A stretch of DNA of 64,000 nucleotides from a virus. Positions 32,438 through 43,312 of this stretch are shown here, in pieces. Every line of letters starts with the position of its first letter. Position 1 is the stretch's first letter. Made by a program: the position numbers and the translations under genes. Under the pieces are notes generated by a model that did no database searches, was not told the DNA's origin, and worked only from the letters and a program-made list of their open reading frames with translations. The stretch spans positions 64,001 through 128,000 of IMG/VR virus record IMGVR_UViG_3300023174_006137; one strand, 5' to 3'.

Positions 32438-33274
32438 TTAAAAATTTAAATATAAAGATTCTGAAACAATACTATTATTTGAATTTCCAACAACTCGTCT
32501 AAAACTTGAATTACCACTTATTAGATATTCATGTCTTTTAAAACTTGGTGGTATATGATCAACTTCACTATCATTTACTTTACCATCATAACTCAATAAC
32601 CATTTACAATTTAGATTATTTAACCAATTAATGAATTTGTTATTATCAAAATTATTAAAATACATTCCTTTTGTTTGTTGATATGGCGGATCGCAATATA
32701 TAATATCATCATGTTCAAAATAACTATTTAAATTACCAATACTAATAAACTCATAACTTACGTTATAAAACGTAATTTTTTTACCTGACATTAACTCTGA
32801 ATAATATAGAACAACTTTTTCTACTTCATCTGGATGCATACCAGGTCTTGAAAAATGACAAGAATTATTGAACTCTCCTAATTTATTATAACGAGGCATA
32901 CCATTTGTGGTTGTTCTCATTATCCAATAAAAATCTTCTGGTTTTTTATTCAAATTGAAATCAGTTCTTACTTTTTGAAAATAATCTTTTCTTTGTTGTA
33001 TATCACCTTTATTAAAATTATTATAATGTTGTTTGTATGTCCATATAAGAAAATATGGATTATTTTGAATCATTTGCCATACATCAATTAATTCTTTATT
33101 AACATCAGATAAAACAAAAGTGTCAACTTCTATATCTGATTCTAATAATTCTAAAAAAATTGAACCACCACCTAAAAAAGGTTCAAAATAATAATTTATT
33201 TTTTTGGGCAAAAAAGAAATTATTTGTTTTGCCTGGCTATTTTTTGAGCCGCTCCATTTCAACAAATTACTCAT
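32438..33274 (-). CDS. dam: Dam-type DNA adenine methyltransferase
   Basis: LKWSGSK, EPFLGGGS, YCDPPY, LSY. Confidence 0.9.
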   Translation of the reverse strand: MSNLLKWSGSKNSQAKQIISFLPKKINYYFEPFLGGGSIFLELLESDIEVDTFVLSDVNKELIDVWQMIQNNPYFLIWTYKQHYNNFNKGDIQQRKDYFQKVRTDFNLNKKPEDFYWIMRTTTNGMPRYNKLGEFNNSCHFSRPGMHPDEVEKVVLYYSELMSGKKITFYNVSYEFISIGNLNSYFEHDDIIYCDPPYQQTKGMYFNNFDNNKFINWLNNLNCKWLLSYDGKVNDSEVDHIPPSFKRHEYLISGNSSFRRVVGNSNNSIVSESLYLNF

Positions 33275-33545
33275 CTTCTAATATTTCATCAATTCTATTT
33301 TTCCTAATAGTTGCGGCATGCACTAAAATACGATTGTATATTAATGTATTGATGATATGTTCCACCATATCATCATTTTTTCTTAATTTTGAATCTCCAA
33401 AAAGAACATCTAAATATTCTTTAATTAATTTCCTACTTACAGCAAAATGATATGTTCCATTATATCCTTCGTCTGAATCACTTTTTGTAGATGACAGTTC
33501 GTTAACTCTATCAAAGTCAATTATAAAATCGCTTATTTTCATCAT
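33267..33545 (-). CDS. Hypothetical protein (C-terminal RKNRIDEIL motif)
   Basis: ORF with overlap coupling. Confidence 0.6.
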   Translation of the reverse strand: MMKISDFIIDFDRVNELSSTKSDSDEGYNGTYHFAVSRKLIKEYLDVLFGDSKLRKNDDMVEHIINTLIYNRILVHAATIRKNRIDEILEDE

Positions 33546-33778
33546 TCTAAAATTTGGTTTATTCTCGATTCTCTAAAATCTGCTATTGATTGAAAATATT
33601 TTCCAAATTCTAAATCACTTACAGGTTCTATACTAAAGTAGAAATTATCTACTTGCACTAAAGTATGTTTTTTATAAATTTCTATATCCCTAACAATATA
33701 ATATCTATCTTTTAAGAATATCAATTTATCTTCATTATAAAAATTATTAATACAAATTATTTTATCTCCTATTTTCAT
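33542..33778 (-). CDS. Hypothetical protein (C-terminal RESRINQIL motif)
   Basis: ORF with overlap coupling. Confidence 0.6.
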   Translation of the reverse strand: MKIGDKIICINNFYNEDKLIFLKDRYYIVRDIEIYKKHTLVQVDNFYFSIEPVSDLEFGKYFQSIADFRESRINQILE

Positions 33779-33795
33779 AAAATAATATATTAAAT

Positions 33796-34902
33796 CTAAA
33801 TTATTTCCTTCATGAATTTTACAAATAAATCATGATTTACTGATACACATATTCTACTATAGGACGACCAATTATCTTTATTATAATATACAAACTTATC
33901 TAAGCCAACTGCTCCAATACGATGTTGAAATAAGTAATCTTCTGATTTATTTATTATAGCAAATATACCCATAGGATTATTACCATTATAGATTTCATCT
34001 ACTAATAAATTATTATCTCTTAACCATTGAATATTTAATTCAATATGTTTTTTAGTTTCTTTTTGAAACTCTATTATTGATTGTTTTCCCTCATCAGTAG
34101 ATAAAATAGTATTTACCAAAATTTGAGATGGAGAAGATATACCATTAAATTCATATAATAAACGAATATTTAATTCTTCGTTAAATTCTCTATTTAATGA
34201 GCATATGAAACCAAGTCTTGCTCCTGGTAAGCCAATCCATTTTGAAAATGATTCGGCTATTATAACATTTGGATGTAATAATTTTTCAAAGAAAGTATCA
34301 TCATAAAATAATTTACGATATGGAGAATCAAATACCACAATTGCACCAGTATCAGCAATTTCCATTATTTTAGAGTATAAATAATTATCATCTAATTTTA
34401 CTCCTGTTGGATTATTTGGATCGCAAATAAATATACATGAAGTTTCGTTTAGGTGTGAAATATCAAAATAATCTAATGAATCATAAAAAGAAAATGGTTT
34501 ATTTCTAATAGTTGCCATTTTAGAATATGAGCCCCAATAAAATTTAGGAAAATAAATATTTTCAATATTTAATGTTTGAATAATAATATCAAGTGCTGGC
34601 ATACCACCAGGTGTTATAGATATATTTGATTCCATTTCTGGAATATGTTGATATTTTGGAAAATATTCTTTAATAATTGATTTTCGTAAAGAATCTATAC
34701 CTAAATTAGGAGCATATAATTGAAATTCTTTAGAATTAAAATCAATTAATTTTTGGATTTTTTCTAAATTTATTTGAACTACTGAATTTACACCACGGTT
34801 AAGTTCTAAATATTCGTTACCAGTTTCTTTTGCCGCTTTTTTAACTTTTTGACCGATGCCAACGATTGAAGAAAATGTTGCTTTGCTTAAATTTATTCTC
34901 AT
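33796..34902 (-). CDS. PLP-dependent aminotransferase class I/II
   Basis: PNNPTG, DSPY, SFSKWIGLPGARLG. Confidence 0.85.
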   Translation of the reverse strand: MRINLSKATFSSIVGIGQKVKKAAKETGNEYLELNRGVNSVVQINLEKIQKLIDFNSKEFQLYAPNLGIDSLRKSIIKEYFPKYQHIPEMESNISITPGGMPALDIIIQTLNIENIYFPKFYWGSYSKMATIRNKPFSFYDSLDYFDISHLNETSCIFICDPNNPTGVKLDDNYLYSKIMEIADTGAIVVFDSPYRKLFYDDTFFEKLLHPNVIIAESFSKWIGLPGARLGFICSLNREFNEELNIRLLYEFNGISSPSQILVNTILSTDEGKQSIIEFQKETKKHIELNIQWLRDNNLLVDEIYNGNNPMGIFAIINKSEDYLFQHRIGAVGLDKFVYYNKDNWSSYSRICVSVNHDLFVKFMKEII

Positions 34903-35000
34903 AAGTGTTTTAGTATCAAAATTAAAAATGTTTTAACAAATTAATATATACATAATAATTAAACACATAATTTTAATATATAATAAAAAAGAAAAATTAG

Positions 35001-36800
35001 ATGAAACAATTTAAATTTTTGCTTAAATATAACCAAGTTTTCGAAGCAACACAAAAAGAAAAAGATGAAAAAAAAGCTTATATAAATGCAATCTATGATG
35101 AACTTTTGGAAAGCCCAGCTATGAATGATATTGTAGCATTAAAAACTGATTTTTCGGAAATGACAGGTGGAGTTCCATTCAATGAAAAAAATTCAAGAAT
35201 ACATCCGACCAGATCTTATTATGTACTTGTAGATGAAGGAAAATTTAAAATAAATTTCAAAAGAAATTTCACATCAAATACAGCAACAATAATTGTTAAA
35301 TTTGAAGATGGACGTCCTGTAGAATATATATTCGAAACTCATGAAAGGACAGCCTCTTTTGCCGGCAGTGATGAAGAACAAAGAGAAGCTGCTGAAAGTT
35401 TTTTCAGAAAAATGAACATCGAAGAGTCAAAAAATAAATATCCTTCATTAAGAATTCCAACTGATTCGACTACAGGTCAACAAATAGAAAAATTAAACGA
35501 TTTAATTAAACTTGCTGAAAAATGGAATCAAATATATAATGCAAATATTGATACTAAAGTAGGCGATCCAATTGAATTGAAAAAAAGGTTATATGATTTT
35601 ATGGAAAAATATAACGAAGACATGGAAAAAGTGAGAGCTGAAAAATTTGCAGAGGGTGAGAAAAAAATGGTATCATATGGAAAAGATTTTCCAGTCAAAA
35701 TGATATTTGATGATTTAGAAAAATGTTTAAGATGGGTTTGGGCTTATTTTGTTGCGAGAAAAACACCTAGAACATTAGATCCAGCCAAAACTTTTGATTA
35801 TTTAATGAAAAATGAATATCTATGGAAACAAAAATTACCTTTAGGTTATCGTTATGGCTCTAAGATTGATATAGAAGATTTCTTAAATGGTGAATTAAAT
35901 AAAAAAGAAATTATTGAAGAATTAAAATTTCGTGGTGGTGGTATAAAAAGTCTTGTTGCTTCGGAATTAAAAGATATAAAAAGAACAACACAATTTTTAA
36001 AACAAGTATTTAAAGTATTGGGTTTGGAATTTATAAGTGAAACTGAAGGTTCTTTTTCTAGCAAAGTTGTTTCTAGAGGAGCTGCGCCATTGTCTGAGAT
36101 ACCAAAAAGAGAACTAACAAGCGGCACAACTAAAGAAGAAATAGGATCTAATTGGATAATAGGGTTTGAAATATCTAAAGTTTTATCTTCAAAAAATACA
36201 ATTTTAGGATTAGCAGCTAAAAATATGACAAAAAACCAAATTAATTTTACAAATCGTGATTTAGTTTTTCAATTATCACAAAGACCAGAATTTACTAAAG
36301 TTGGTAAAGAAAAAATACATACAGAAATAAGTGGTGATAAAGTAATTATATTTTTTGAAGCAAGAACAGAACAAGAAGCATTATTACAATTATTGACAGG
36401 TTATTCATTTAAAACACAAAGTGGTGAAAAAATTACATACGGACCATGGTTATTAAAAGCATTTACGGAAACAAATAATGTAACTATAAATGGAGAAGAA
36501 GTTGAGGCGGATACATTTTTAGATATAATAAGAAATTTCATAACGCTTTTAGGTAAAAATTTAACTAATTTTATTCCAAATAGTAAAAATAATCCATATT
36601 TTTTACTTACAAATATACCAACTGATATATCAGAAACAGATCCAAGAATTTTAAAACTTATATCACAAGTTATAAATAATAATTTAACTTTAAAGAAAAA
36701 ATTACAACAAAAAAATAACGAACTTTATAACTTATTAACACAAAACGGATTAACACCAGTAGATATATCCACAAAAGTAAAAGGGAAAAGAGCAATATAA
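35001..36800 (+). CDS. Hypothetical protein
   Basis: 599 aa; AATATATA upstream; terminator downstream. Confidence 0.7.
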   Translation: MKQFKFLLKYNQVFEATQKEKDEKKAYINAIYDELLESPAMNDIVALKTDFSEMTGGVPFNEKNSRIHPTRSYYVLVDEGKFKINFKRNFTSNTATIIVKFEDGRPVEYIFETHERTASFAGSDEEQREAAESFFRKMNIEESKNKYPSLRIPTDSTTGQQIEKLNDLIKLAEKWNQIYNANIDTKVGDPIELKKRLYDFMEKYNEDMEKVRAEKFAEGEKKMVSYGKDFPVKMIFDDLEKCLRWVWAYFVARKTPRTLDPAKTFDYLMKNEYLWKQKLPLGYRYGSKIDIEDFLNGELNKKEIIEELKFRGGGIKSLVASELKDIKRTTQFLKQVFKVLGLEFISETEGSFSSKVVSRGAAPLSEIPKRELTSGTTKEEIGSNWIIGFEISKVLSSKNTILGLAAKNMTKNQINFTNRDLVFQLSQRPEFTKVGKEKIHTEISGDKVIIFFEARTEQEALLQLLTGYSFKTQSGEKITYGPWLLKAFTETNNVTINGEEVEADTFLDIIRNFITLLGKNLTNFIPNSKNNPYFLLTNIPTDISETDPRILKLISQVINNNLTLKKKLQQKNNELYNLLTQNGLTPVDISTKVKGKRAI

Positions 36801-36805
36801 AAATA

Positions 36806-36832
36806 AAAAAAGTGAGTTAAACTCACTTTTTT
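36806..36832. terminator. Bidirectional intrinsic terminator
   Basis: aaaaagtgag ttaaa ctcacttttt between convergent genes. Confidence 0.8.
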
Positions 36833-36836
36833 TATT

Positions 36837-39482
36837 TTAATAATCCCATTCATCTAATTTCTGATTTAAATAAACTTTAAACTTCTCTGGCAAAATACTT
36901 TTACCATTTTTAGTTGTTTGTTCTAAAAACCCATCAACAAAATCATCTTCGTTTTCATCTAATCTTCTTTTTGATATATCAATAATCATTTTAAAATAAT
37001 TAAAATTATTTGTTTTAACACTCCAAAGTAATCCTTTTAAAAATATATCATATGCACTAACATTAAATTCAGTTTTAGCAGATTTAGAAGGTATTTTTTC
37101 CAAAATTTCTTTACTAATCTTAACAAAATCATCTGAAACTATATTATTAGGAAATAAAAATTTAGAAATTTTATCAAAATAGAGATTGTTAATTTTACAA
37201 CCATTTTTTATCAAATATAAAATTTGCTCTATGTTTTCAGTAAATCCAATTAATTTACCTTCTGGATCGTAATAATCATAATTATTTTTAATCTTATTTA
37301 AAACATATTCTAATTCTAAATTTTTATTATGTTTTAAATAAAATTGAAGTCGCATTACAGGATTGTTCCCCAAATCTGTCAATACTCCATTTATATTTTC
37401 TTTCCTTATTTTTAATAATTCATCTACAATTAAATTTCTTTCATTATTTTTATGTTTAAAATATTCTTGAACCGCTACATTAAGTATATTTGATGGTTCA
37501 TTAAAATTAGCATTTTTTTGTGCTAATAATTTAACCTTTTTTAAACTTCCTTCACCTGTAACAGGGTCTATAACCGAATTTAGTAAAATTCTACCACCAG
37601 CAAGATTTGGATCAGCATATTCTAAACATTCTTCAAATTCTTCAAATGTCATGCCACCTTCAAGTAATTTTTTCTCAGCTTGCTTTTTCTTAATTCTTAA
37701 AGCACGTTCTTCACTAGTTAATCCTTGAAATACTTGTTCATAATCAATACCCCAATCATCTAATAGATTTACAACTTCAGTACTTATACCAGTATCATCT
37801 TTTCTATGAGCAGAAGTTATATCACCATTTTCATCAATAATTAAGCCAAAAGGAAAATAATTATCAGTGACATCTAATCCAAAATTATATACATAATATA
37901 ATTTATATGATTTATCTTTAATATATGATTTCCATCTATTATCATCAATAGGCCAAGCGATACAATGTTGTGTCGGTGTTAATTTACCTGAATCCCATTC
38001 AGTTTTTAATTTTCCTGTTTCCGGATCTTTTACTTGTATCATTGCTCTCTTTTTATTATTATGTAAATACCAATTAGCAGACGGACTTTTAACTTGGAAA
38101 ATAATCACAGGTTTAGATGAAGATTTATCATTTACAAAAATAACTTCTGCTCCATTTTCTTTTCCAAATTTTTCATTAACTTCATCAATCATTTCGTATA
38201 ATTTTTCAACACCAACATTTCCTAAACCTTGTATTCTACTCTGAACTCTTTGTATAAATCCATCTAAACTTTTATCTTCTTGTGGATCATCTCTAGTTCC
38301 TTTACGCATTTTAAAAATTTTTTCAACTTCGGGAAAAAGTTTAACCATAACTGGTTTTCCACTTTTATCTAAAATTTCTTTACCATTTATATCTTTTAAA
38401 GTTTCTTTTTTTGCTTCAAATTTAATACCATTATCCATTAAAATTTGAACTAATTTTTTTAATTCATTTTTAACTTTTATCTTCAAAGGATCATCATTTT
38501 TTAGTTCACGATATTCTGATAATAAATCTGGAGCAATTTGATTTCCTTCTTTATCTTTTATACCAATAGGAAGTCTTTCTAACAATGCATCAGTATAATA
38601 ATCAATTCGCATATCTCTAATGTCATTTGACAACATATCCACACCAGGAACACGCAAATCTTTTGATTTTTTCAATTCCTCATCTTGCATTTTTTTATAC
38701 TTATCAAAATTATCTAATACTTTATTTTGCAATTTATCCTCTAACTCTTCAAAATGATTTAAAACAGAACCAAATAAACCATAATTATTATCTGTATTCC
38801 ATATTATTTCATCATCAGTTGGTAAATAAGTAAAAGGTCCTAATAAATCTCTAACTTCATCATAATTATTACCATCATGTGCTGAATCCAAATCAATTTT
38901 AAACTTATTAAAATCTCTATAAAATAATCTAATAAAATAATCAATTAAATAAGTATATTCCGAATTTTCTAATAATTCTTTTAATCTCAAATAAAAAGGA
39001 TCTTCTAAAGCTTTTTTTTCAACTTCTTCTAATTCTTCCTGTGTTAATTTTCCTTCTGAATTAATTATATCATTTATATTATTTACATTTAAATAAATAG
39101 AATCTTTAAATATTTTTTCTAATTTATCTTTTTTCTCATTTTGCAATTCGCTAATTTCAGAATTATACTTCTCTATTGTTTTATCAGAAAAATTACTATC
39201 AACTTTTAATTTAGTTAAATAATCTTTTTTTTGCTTTTCAATTATTTGAATAGACATATCTATCTGACTTTTGATATCAGATATTTCTTTAGTAATATCT
39301 TTCCATTGCTGTTCAGTAATGTTTTGTTTTTTTAATTCTCTATTAGCAACTGACATTTTTTTCTTAGCAACTTCTTTATTTTTATAAATTCCAATAAGAA
39401 ATTGTTTAGCCGCTGTTTCGGATTGTTCGGCAGATAATGCTTCTTTAATATATTCTAAAAAACTGAAATAATTTGTAATCAT
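36837..39482 (-). CDS. Large hypothetical protein, possible ankyrin-like C-terminus
   Basis: 881 aa; HCIAW and VKLLAQKNANFN segments. Confidence 0.65.
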   Translation of the reverse strand: MITNYFSFLEYIKEALSAEQSETAAKQFLIGIYKNKEVAKKKMSVANRELKKQNITEQQWKDITKEISDIKSQIDMSIQIIEKQKKDYLTKLKVDSNFSDKTIEKYNSEISELQNEKKDKLEKIFKDSIYLNVNNINDIINSEGKLTQEELEEVEKKALEDPFYLRLKELLENSEYTYLIDYFIRLFYRDFNKFKIDLDSAHDGNNYDEVRDLLGPFTYLPTDDEIIWNTDNNYGLFGSVLNHFEELEDKLQNKVLDNFDKYKKMQDEELKKSKDLRVPGVDMLSNDIRDMRIDYYTDALLERLPIGIKDKEGNQIAPDLLSEYRELKNDDPLKIKVKNELKKLVQILMDNGIKFEAKKETLKDINGKEILDKSGKPVMVKLFPEVEKIFKMRKGTRDDPQEDKSLDGFIQRVQSRIQGLGNVGVEKLYEMIDEVNEKFGKENGAEVIFVNDKSSSKPVIIFQVKSPSANWYLHNNKKRAMIQVKDPETGKLKTEWDSGKLTPTQHCIAWPIDDNRWKSYIKDKSYKLYYVYNFGLDVTDNYFPFGLIIDENGDITSAHRKDDTGISTEVVNLLDDWGIDYEQVFQGLTSEERALRIKKKQAEKKLLEGGMTFEEFEECLEYADPNLAGGRILLNSVIDPVTGEGSLKKVKLLAQKNANFNEPSNILNVAVQEYFKHKNNERNLIVDELLKIRKENINGVLTDLGNNPVMRLQFYLKHNKNLELEYVLNKIKNNYDYYDPEGKLIGFTENIEQILYLIKNGCKINNLYFDKISKFLFPNNIVSDDFVKISKEILEKIPSKSAKTEFNVSAYDIFLKGLLWSVKTNNFNYFKMIIDISKRRLDENEDDFVDGFLEQTTKNGKSILPEKFKVYLNQKLDEWDY

Positions 39483-39508
39483 AAACTATATATTAATTAT
39501 CTAATTCA

Positions 39509-39772
39509 TTAATCATCTCGCAATATATCATTTATCCGATTATTGCGCTCTTTTATTTTTTCATAATCATCAGCCGGTAATACATCATTTTCTGTTATTA
39601 TTTCATAATGTAATTTATTATGTTCATCATAATAATAAACAATAAATTCATCCGAATACTTTGGGTGAATTTTTTCTACAACCGCTAATCTAAAATTCTT
39701 TTTTAAAAGAACTCTCATACCAACTCTTAACTTACTCGAATCTAATCCTGGTATGTTTCTTTTTTTAGCCAT
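39509..39772 (-). CDS. Hypothetical protein (C-terminal RNNRINDIL motif)
   Basis: Start set at MAKKRN. Confidence 0.6.
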   Translation of the reverse strand: MAKKRNIPGLDSSKLRVGMRVLLKKNFRLAVVEKIHPKYSDEFIVYYYDEHNKLHYEIITENDVLPADDYEKIKERNNRINDILRDD

Positions 39773-39804
39773 ATAATATATATTACAAATATAATATATA
39801 ATTA

Positions 39805-40563
39805 ATGAAGTACATAACAATATCTATAAAAGAATTTTACAAGCTAAATGAATCTCTTATAAATATACAGAATGATATTGATAAAATTTATGATAATTAT
39901 TTCCGAGATGGTATTGAATATATTCAAAATTCAGACAAAATAGATTTATCTAAATTTAAAGTTGGCGAAATTAGTTCAGCGGATTTAACCGACGAATTAT
40001 GTAAAAAAGCACATAAAATAAATCCAATAACAATTTACATAAACAACGATAAAAATTTATATAATAATCATTACAATCCACTTAAAAAATTAATAAATTT
40101 AAGACCAAATAGAAATGCTATAGATTATAGTTTAGGTTTTAATACTATTTCTGAAGCTACTGAATCATTAGATTATGAACAGAAAGAAACTTTTATAAGG
40201 GAATTTAAAGAATCAACAATAAAAGGATCTATACATCACGAATTAGTTCATTGGATTGATGATAGTTTAAATAATAAGCATATAGAAAAAATAATAAAAA
40301 AACAGTTAGATAACAAAAAATATATTAAAGATGCAAATTATAGAAACTTTGAAATACAATCACAAATTCACAATATAATTCAATTAAAAAAACAAAATCA
40401 AGATATTTGGAATTATTTAAGTTTTGCAGAAATGATAAAATTATCACCTTCTTTAAGTACCGTTTTTAAAAATATGACTAATATTGATGGTAGAAATAAA
40501 TGGCTTCGACAACTGAAAAGTAGATTATATAGAGAAGGATTACTAGGTAAAAATATGATATAA
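39805..40563 (+). CDS. Zincin-like HExxH protein
   Basis: IHHELVHW...FEIQSQ. Confidence 0.55.
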   Translation: MKYITISIKEFYKLNESLINIQNDIDKIYDNYFRDGIEYIQNSDKIDLSKFKVGEISSADLTDELCKKAHKINPITIYINNDKNLYNNHYNPLKKLINLRPNRNAIDYSLGFNTISEATESLDYEQKETFIREFKESTIKGSIHHELVHWIDDSLNNKHIEKIIKKQLDNKKYIKDANYRNFEIQSQIHNIIQLKKQNQDIWNYLSFAEMIKLSPSLSTVFKNMTNIDGRNKWLRQLKSRLYREGLLGKNMI

Positions 40564-40594
40564 TTTTTTAACCAATAATATTAATATATAATTA

Positions 40595-41035
40595 ATGAAA
40601 TATCTTAAACCATTTAACGAAAATTTTGCAAAACAACCTAATAGAGAAAAAGTAATAATAGGTGGCTATCCAGTATGGGTAGATTTAGAAAGAAGCATTA
40701 TATTCGATAGTGAATATGCAACATATGGTAATCCAATTGATATTTTTTATTTTGATAGTGAATATCCTAAAGTTTCAACTGGTTCCAAACTTACACAAGA
40801 AGAAAAAAATGATTTAATAAATTATATTAAATCTAAAACAAAACTAGGATATAATTACCAAGTTGTAAATAGTTTAGATCCACTTGATATACCTTTAGAT
40901 TCTTCTAGAAGAGAATCTTTCACAGGATTTCCAACAAAAGAAGAGGCATATATGAAAGGGTTAAGTGCTAAAATAGAAAATAGACTATCAGACATATATG
41001 TTATAAAAACGGAACCTAAAAGATATTATATTTAA
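40595..41035 (+). CDS. Hypothetical protein (MKYLKPFNE N-terminus)
   Basis: ORF after AATATATA. Confidence 0.6.
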   Translation: MKYLKPFNENFAKQPNREKVIIGGYPVWVDLERSIIFDSEYATYGNPIDIFYFDSEYPKVSTGSKLTQEEKNDLINYIKSKTKLGYNYQVVNSLDPLDIPLDSSRRESFTGFPTKEEAYMKGLSAKIENRLSDIYVIKTEPKRYYI

Positions 41036-41370
41036 AAATCAAAATTAGCTAATAATCTTTTTATAATATATTCCTTTACATTATCTGCTAAATATATTGC
41101 TTGATCCATACCTTTAATTTCTTTCATATAATAACCAGTTCCTTTACAAGTTTCACATTCATAATCAGGATATTCGGAATCATTAGTATCACAATACCAA
41201 CACATTGATTTCTCTGTTTTTGTCTCAACATAACTACCACCACTTGAATTTGAATAATCGAAATATATATAATCAATATATTCTTTATTTTCTATCATTC
41301 TTATTTTAGTTATAATAACTAAACAGCCTGTATATAATTTATACACATTTCCAATTCTAAATTTGCTCAT
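41032..41370 (-). CDS. Hypothetical protein with Zn-finger-like CxxC...CxxCxGxG
   Basis: CWYC...CETCKGTG. Confidence 0.6.
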   Translation of the reverse strand: MSKFRIGNVYKLYTGCLVIITKIRMIENKEYIDYIYFDYSNSSGGSYVETKTEKSMCWYCDTNDSEYPDYECETCKGTGYYMKEIKGMDQAIYLADNVKEYIIKRLLANFDF

Positions 41371-41378
41371 AATTTTTT

Positions 41379-42962
41379 TTAATTTTTATAACTATCTTTT
41401 AAAGAAACTGTTTTTATAAAACTTCCATCTAAATCTTTGGTATAATAACCATTTCTTACAAATTGTGCAGCTTTACCAACTTCACAATTATCAATATTTA
41501 ATTCACTATAAATTATAGTTTCATGTATTACATCATTCTTTATTTCACAATTATTATCTAAAAATAAATCTTCATACTCCTTAACCATAATTTCTTTATT
41601 ATATAACGCAGAAACCCAGTGAATTGTTCCTTTTACTTTTCTATCTGACTTGCCAGATTTTGTATCTACATCAATAGTACATCTTATTTCAATTATATTA
41701 CCAATGCTATCTTTGATGATTTCATTTGCTTTTATAATATAAGCACCTTTTAATCTAACTTCGCCACCTAATTTTAAACGATAATATTTCTTATCGGCTT
41801 CTTCTCTAAAATCTTCATTTTCAATATAGATTTCTTTTGTAAAAATAACTTCTCTTTTACCATCATTTGGATTTTCAGGATTATTTTCAATTTCACAAAT
41901 TTCAGAACCTTCATAATTCGTTAAAACAACCTTAATAGGATTGAAAATGCACATATATCGATATGCTATTTTATTTAAATGATTCCTTAAACATTCTTCT
42001 AATAATTTATAATCAATTACAGATTCTCTTTTAGTATAACCAATGATTTCACAGAAATTTTTAATAGATTCTGGAGTATAGCCTCTTCTTTTTAACCCAG
42101 ATAATGTTAATAATCTTGGATCGTTTAATGTATACCCTTCTTCAATCAAAGACTTAAACTTCCTTTTACTCATTAAATGATTAACAACATTCAATCTAGC
42201 AAATTCGGTTTCTTCTGGTAAATTATTTTCTAAATCTAAATTATTTAATATCCAATTATAAAGAGGACGATGTAATTCAAATTCCAAAGTGCATAAAGAA
42301 TCTGTTATTCCTTCTATGTAATCTGAAATAGGATGAGCAAAATCATACATAGGATAAATACACCATTTATTACCAGTATTATGATGTTCTTCTTTAATTA
42401 TTCTATATATGATAGGATCTCTCATGCACATTATCGGACTTGACATATCAATTTTCAATCTCAAAGTGCAATGACTTTCTCCATAGATACCATTTTTCAT
42501 ATTTTCAAATCTATATAAATTATCCTCAATACTTCTATTTCTATAGATAGAATCTATACCTGGTTTCACTAAATCTCCTTTATTATTGGCTATTTCTTCG
42601 GAAGTTGAATCATCAACATAAGCTAACCCTTTATTTATTAATTTAACAGTACAATTATAAATATAATCAAAATAATTGGATGTATATTCTATTTTGGAAG
42701 GGTTAAAGCCTAACCATTTAATATCTGCTAAAATTGCATCAATATATTCGGATTTTTCTGCACAAGGATTTGTGTCATCAAATCTTAAATTACATGAGCC
42801 ATTATATTTTTCCGCTAAACCAAAATTTAAACACATCGATTTTGCATGACCGAGATGTAAAATAAAATTGGGTTCCGGTGGAAAACGCAATACTGGATTG
42901 ATTCCATTATTTACTTTTTCTAATATTTTTTCTTCTATAAAATTCATAATTTTTAATACCAT
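41379..42962 (-). CDS. glnS: Glutaminyl-tRNA synthetase
   Basis: RFPPEPN, HLGH, RFDDTNP, YPMYDFAH, CTLEF, MSKRK, KVKGTIHWVS. Confidence 0.95.
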   Translation of the reverse strand: MVLKIMNFIEEKILEKVNNGINPVLRFPPEPNFILHLGHAKSMCLNFGLAEKYNGSCNLRFDDTNPCAEKSEYIDAILADIKWLGFNPSKIEYTSNYFDYIYNCTVKLINKGLAYVDDSTSEEIANNKGDLVKPGIDSIYRNRSIEDNLYRFENMKNGIYGESHCTLRLKIDMSSPIMCMRDPIIYRIIKEEHHNTGNKWCIYPMYDFAHPISDYIEGITDSLCTLEFELHRPLYNWILNNLDLENNLPEETEFARLNVVNHLMSKRKFKSLIEEGYTLNDPRLLTLSGLKRRGYTPESIKNFCEIIGYTKRESVIDYKLLEECLRNHLNKIAYRYMCIFNPIKVVLTNYEGSEICEIENNPENPNDGKREVIFTKEIYIENEDFREEADKKYYRLKLGGEVRLKGAYIIKANEIIKDSIGNIIEIRCTIDVDTKSGKSDRKVKGTIHWVSALYNKEIMVKEYEDLFLDNNCEIKNDVIHETIIYSELNIDNCEVGKAAQFVRNGYYTKDLDGSFIKTVSLKDSYKN

Positions 42963-42966
42963 TTTG

Positions 42967-43037
42967 TAATCCCATACTGGAACGATCAGTATTCTTCAGG
43001 GTCAAAACCTGACGCATCACCTTAATGCTTTGGGATT
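42967..43037 (-). tRNA. tRNA-Gln(UUG)
   Basis: Cloverleaf; anticodon arm TCAGG TTTTGAC CCTGA. Confidence 0.8.
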
Positions 43038-43044
43038 ATATTTG

Positions 43045-43116
43045 TAGTCGGACTAGGAGTCAAACCCAGTCTACGAAGGCCAAATCTTCGTGTGCGCATC
43101 GGTACACTATCCAACT
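43045..43116 (-). tRNA. tRNA-Gln(UUG)
   Basis: Anticodon arm CGAAG ATTTGGC CTTCG. Confidence 0.75.
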
Positions 43117-43122
43117 ATGTAG

Positions 43123-43205
43123 TTGCCAAGACAGGACTCGAACCTGTATTTACTTCTCGTCCTCCGCTTTCAAAGAGCGGGATGCTACCATTACACCACT
43201 TGGCA
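43123..43205 (-). tRNA. tRNA-Gln(UUG), long variable region
   Basis: CCGCT CTTTGAA AGCGG; U1-A72. Confidence 0.85.
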
Positions 43206-43207
43206 AT

Positions 43208-43243
43208 AAAAAAACCGTTCAATCAAATCAGATTGAACGGTTT
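43208..43243 (-). terminator. Attenuator terminator of the Gln module
   Basis: AAACCGTTCAATC tgattt GATTGAACGGTTT followed by a U tract. Confidence 0.9.
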
Positions 43244-43264
43244 AGACAATAAAATCTCACACCA

Positions 43265-43312
43265 TCAATCTGGTTTAAATAATTGTTGTTGTTGAGAAGT
43301 TAAAGTTTTCAT
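43265..43312 (-). promoter_or_regulatory. Leader peptide MKTLTSQQQQLFKPD (Gln attenuator)
   Basis: Four tandem CAA codons; 3' CAGATTGA is complementary to terminator TCAATCTG. Confidence 0.8.

Noticed and set aside
933-38833. Many 60-160-aa ORFs opposite or inside long genes (e.g. 8922, 20672, 23554, 24991, 35852)
   Set aside because: Shadow ORFs without motifs or expression signals
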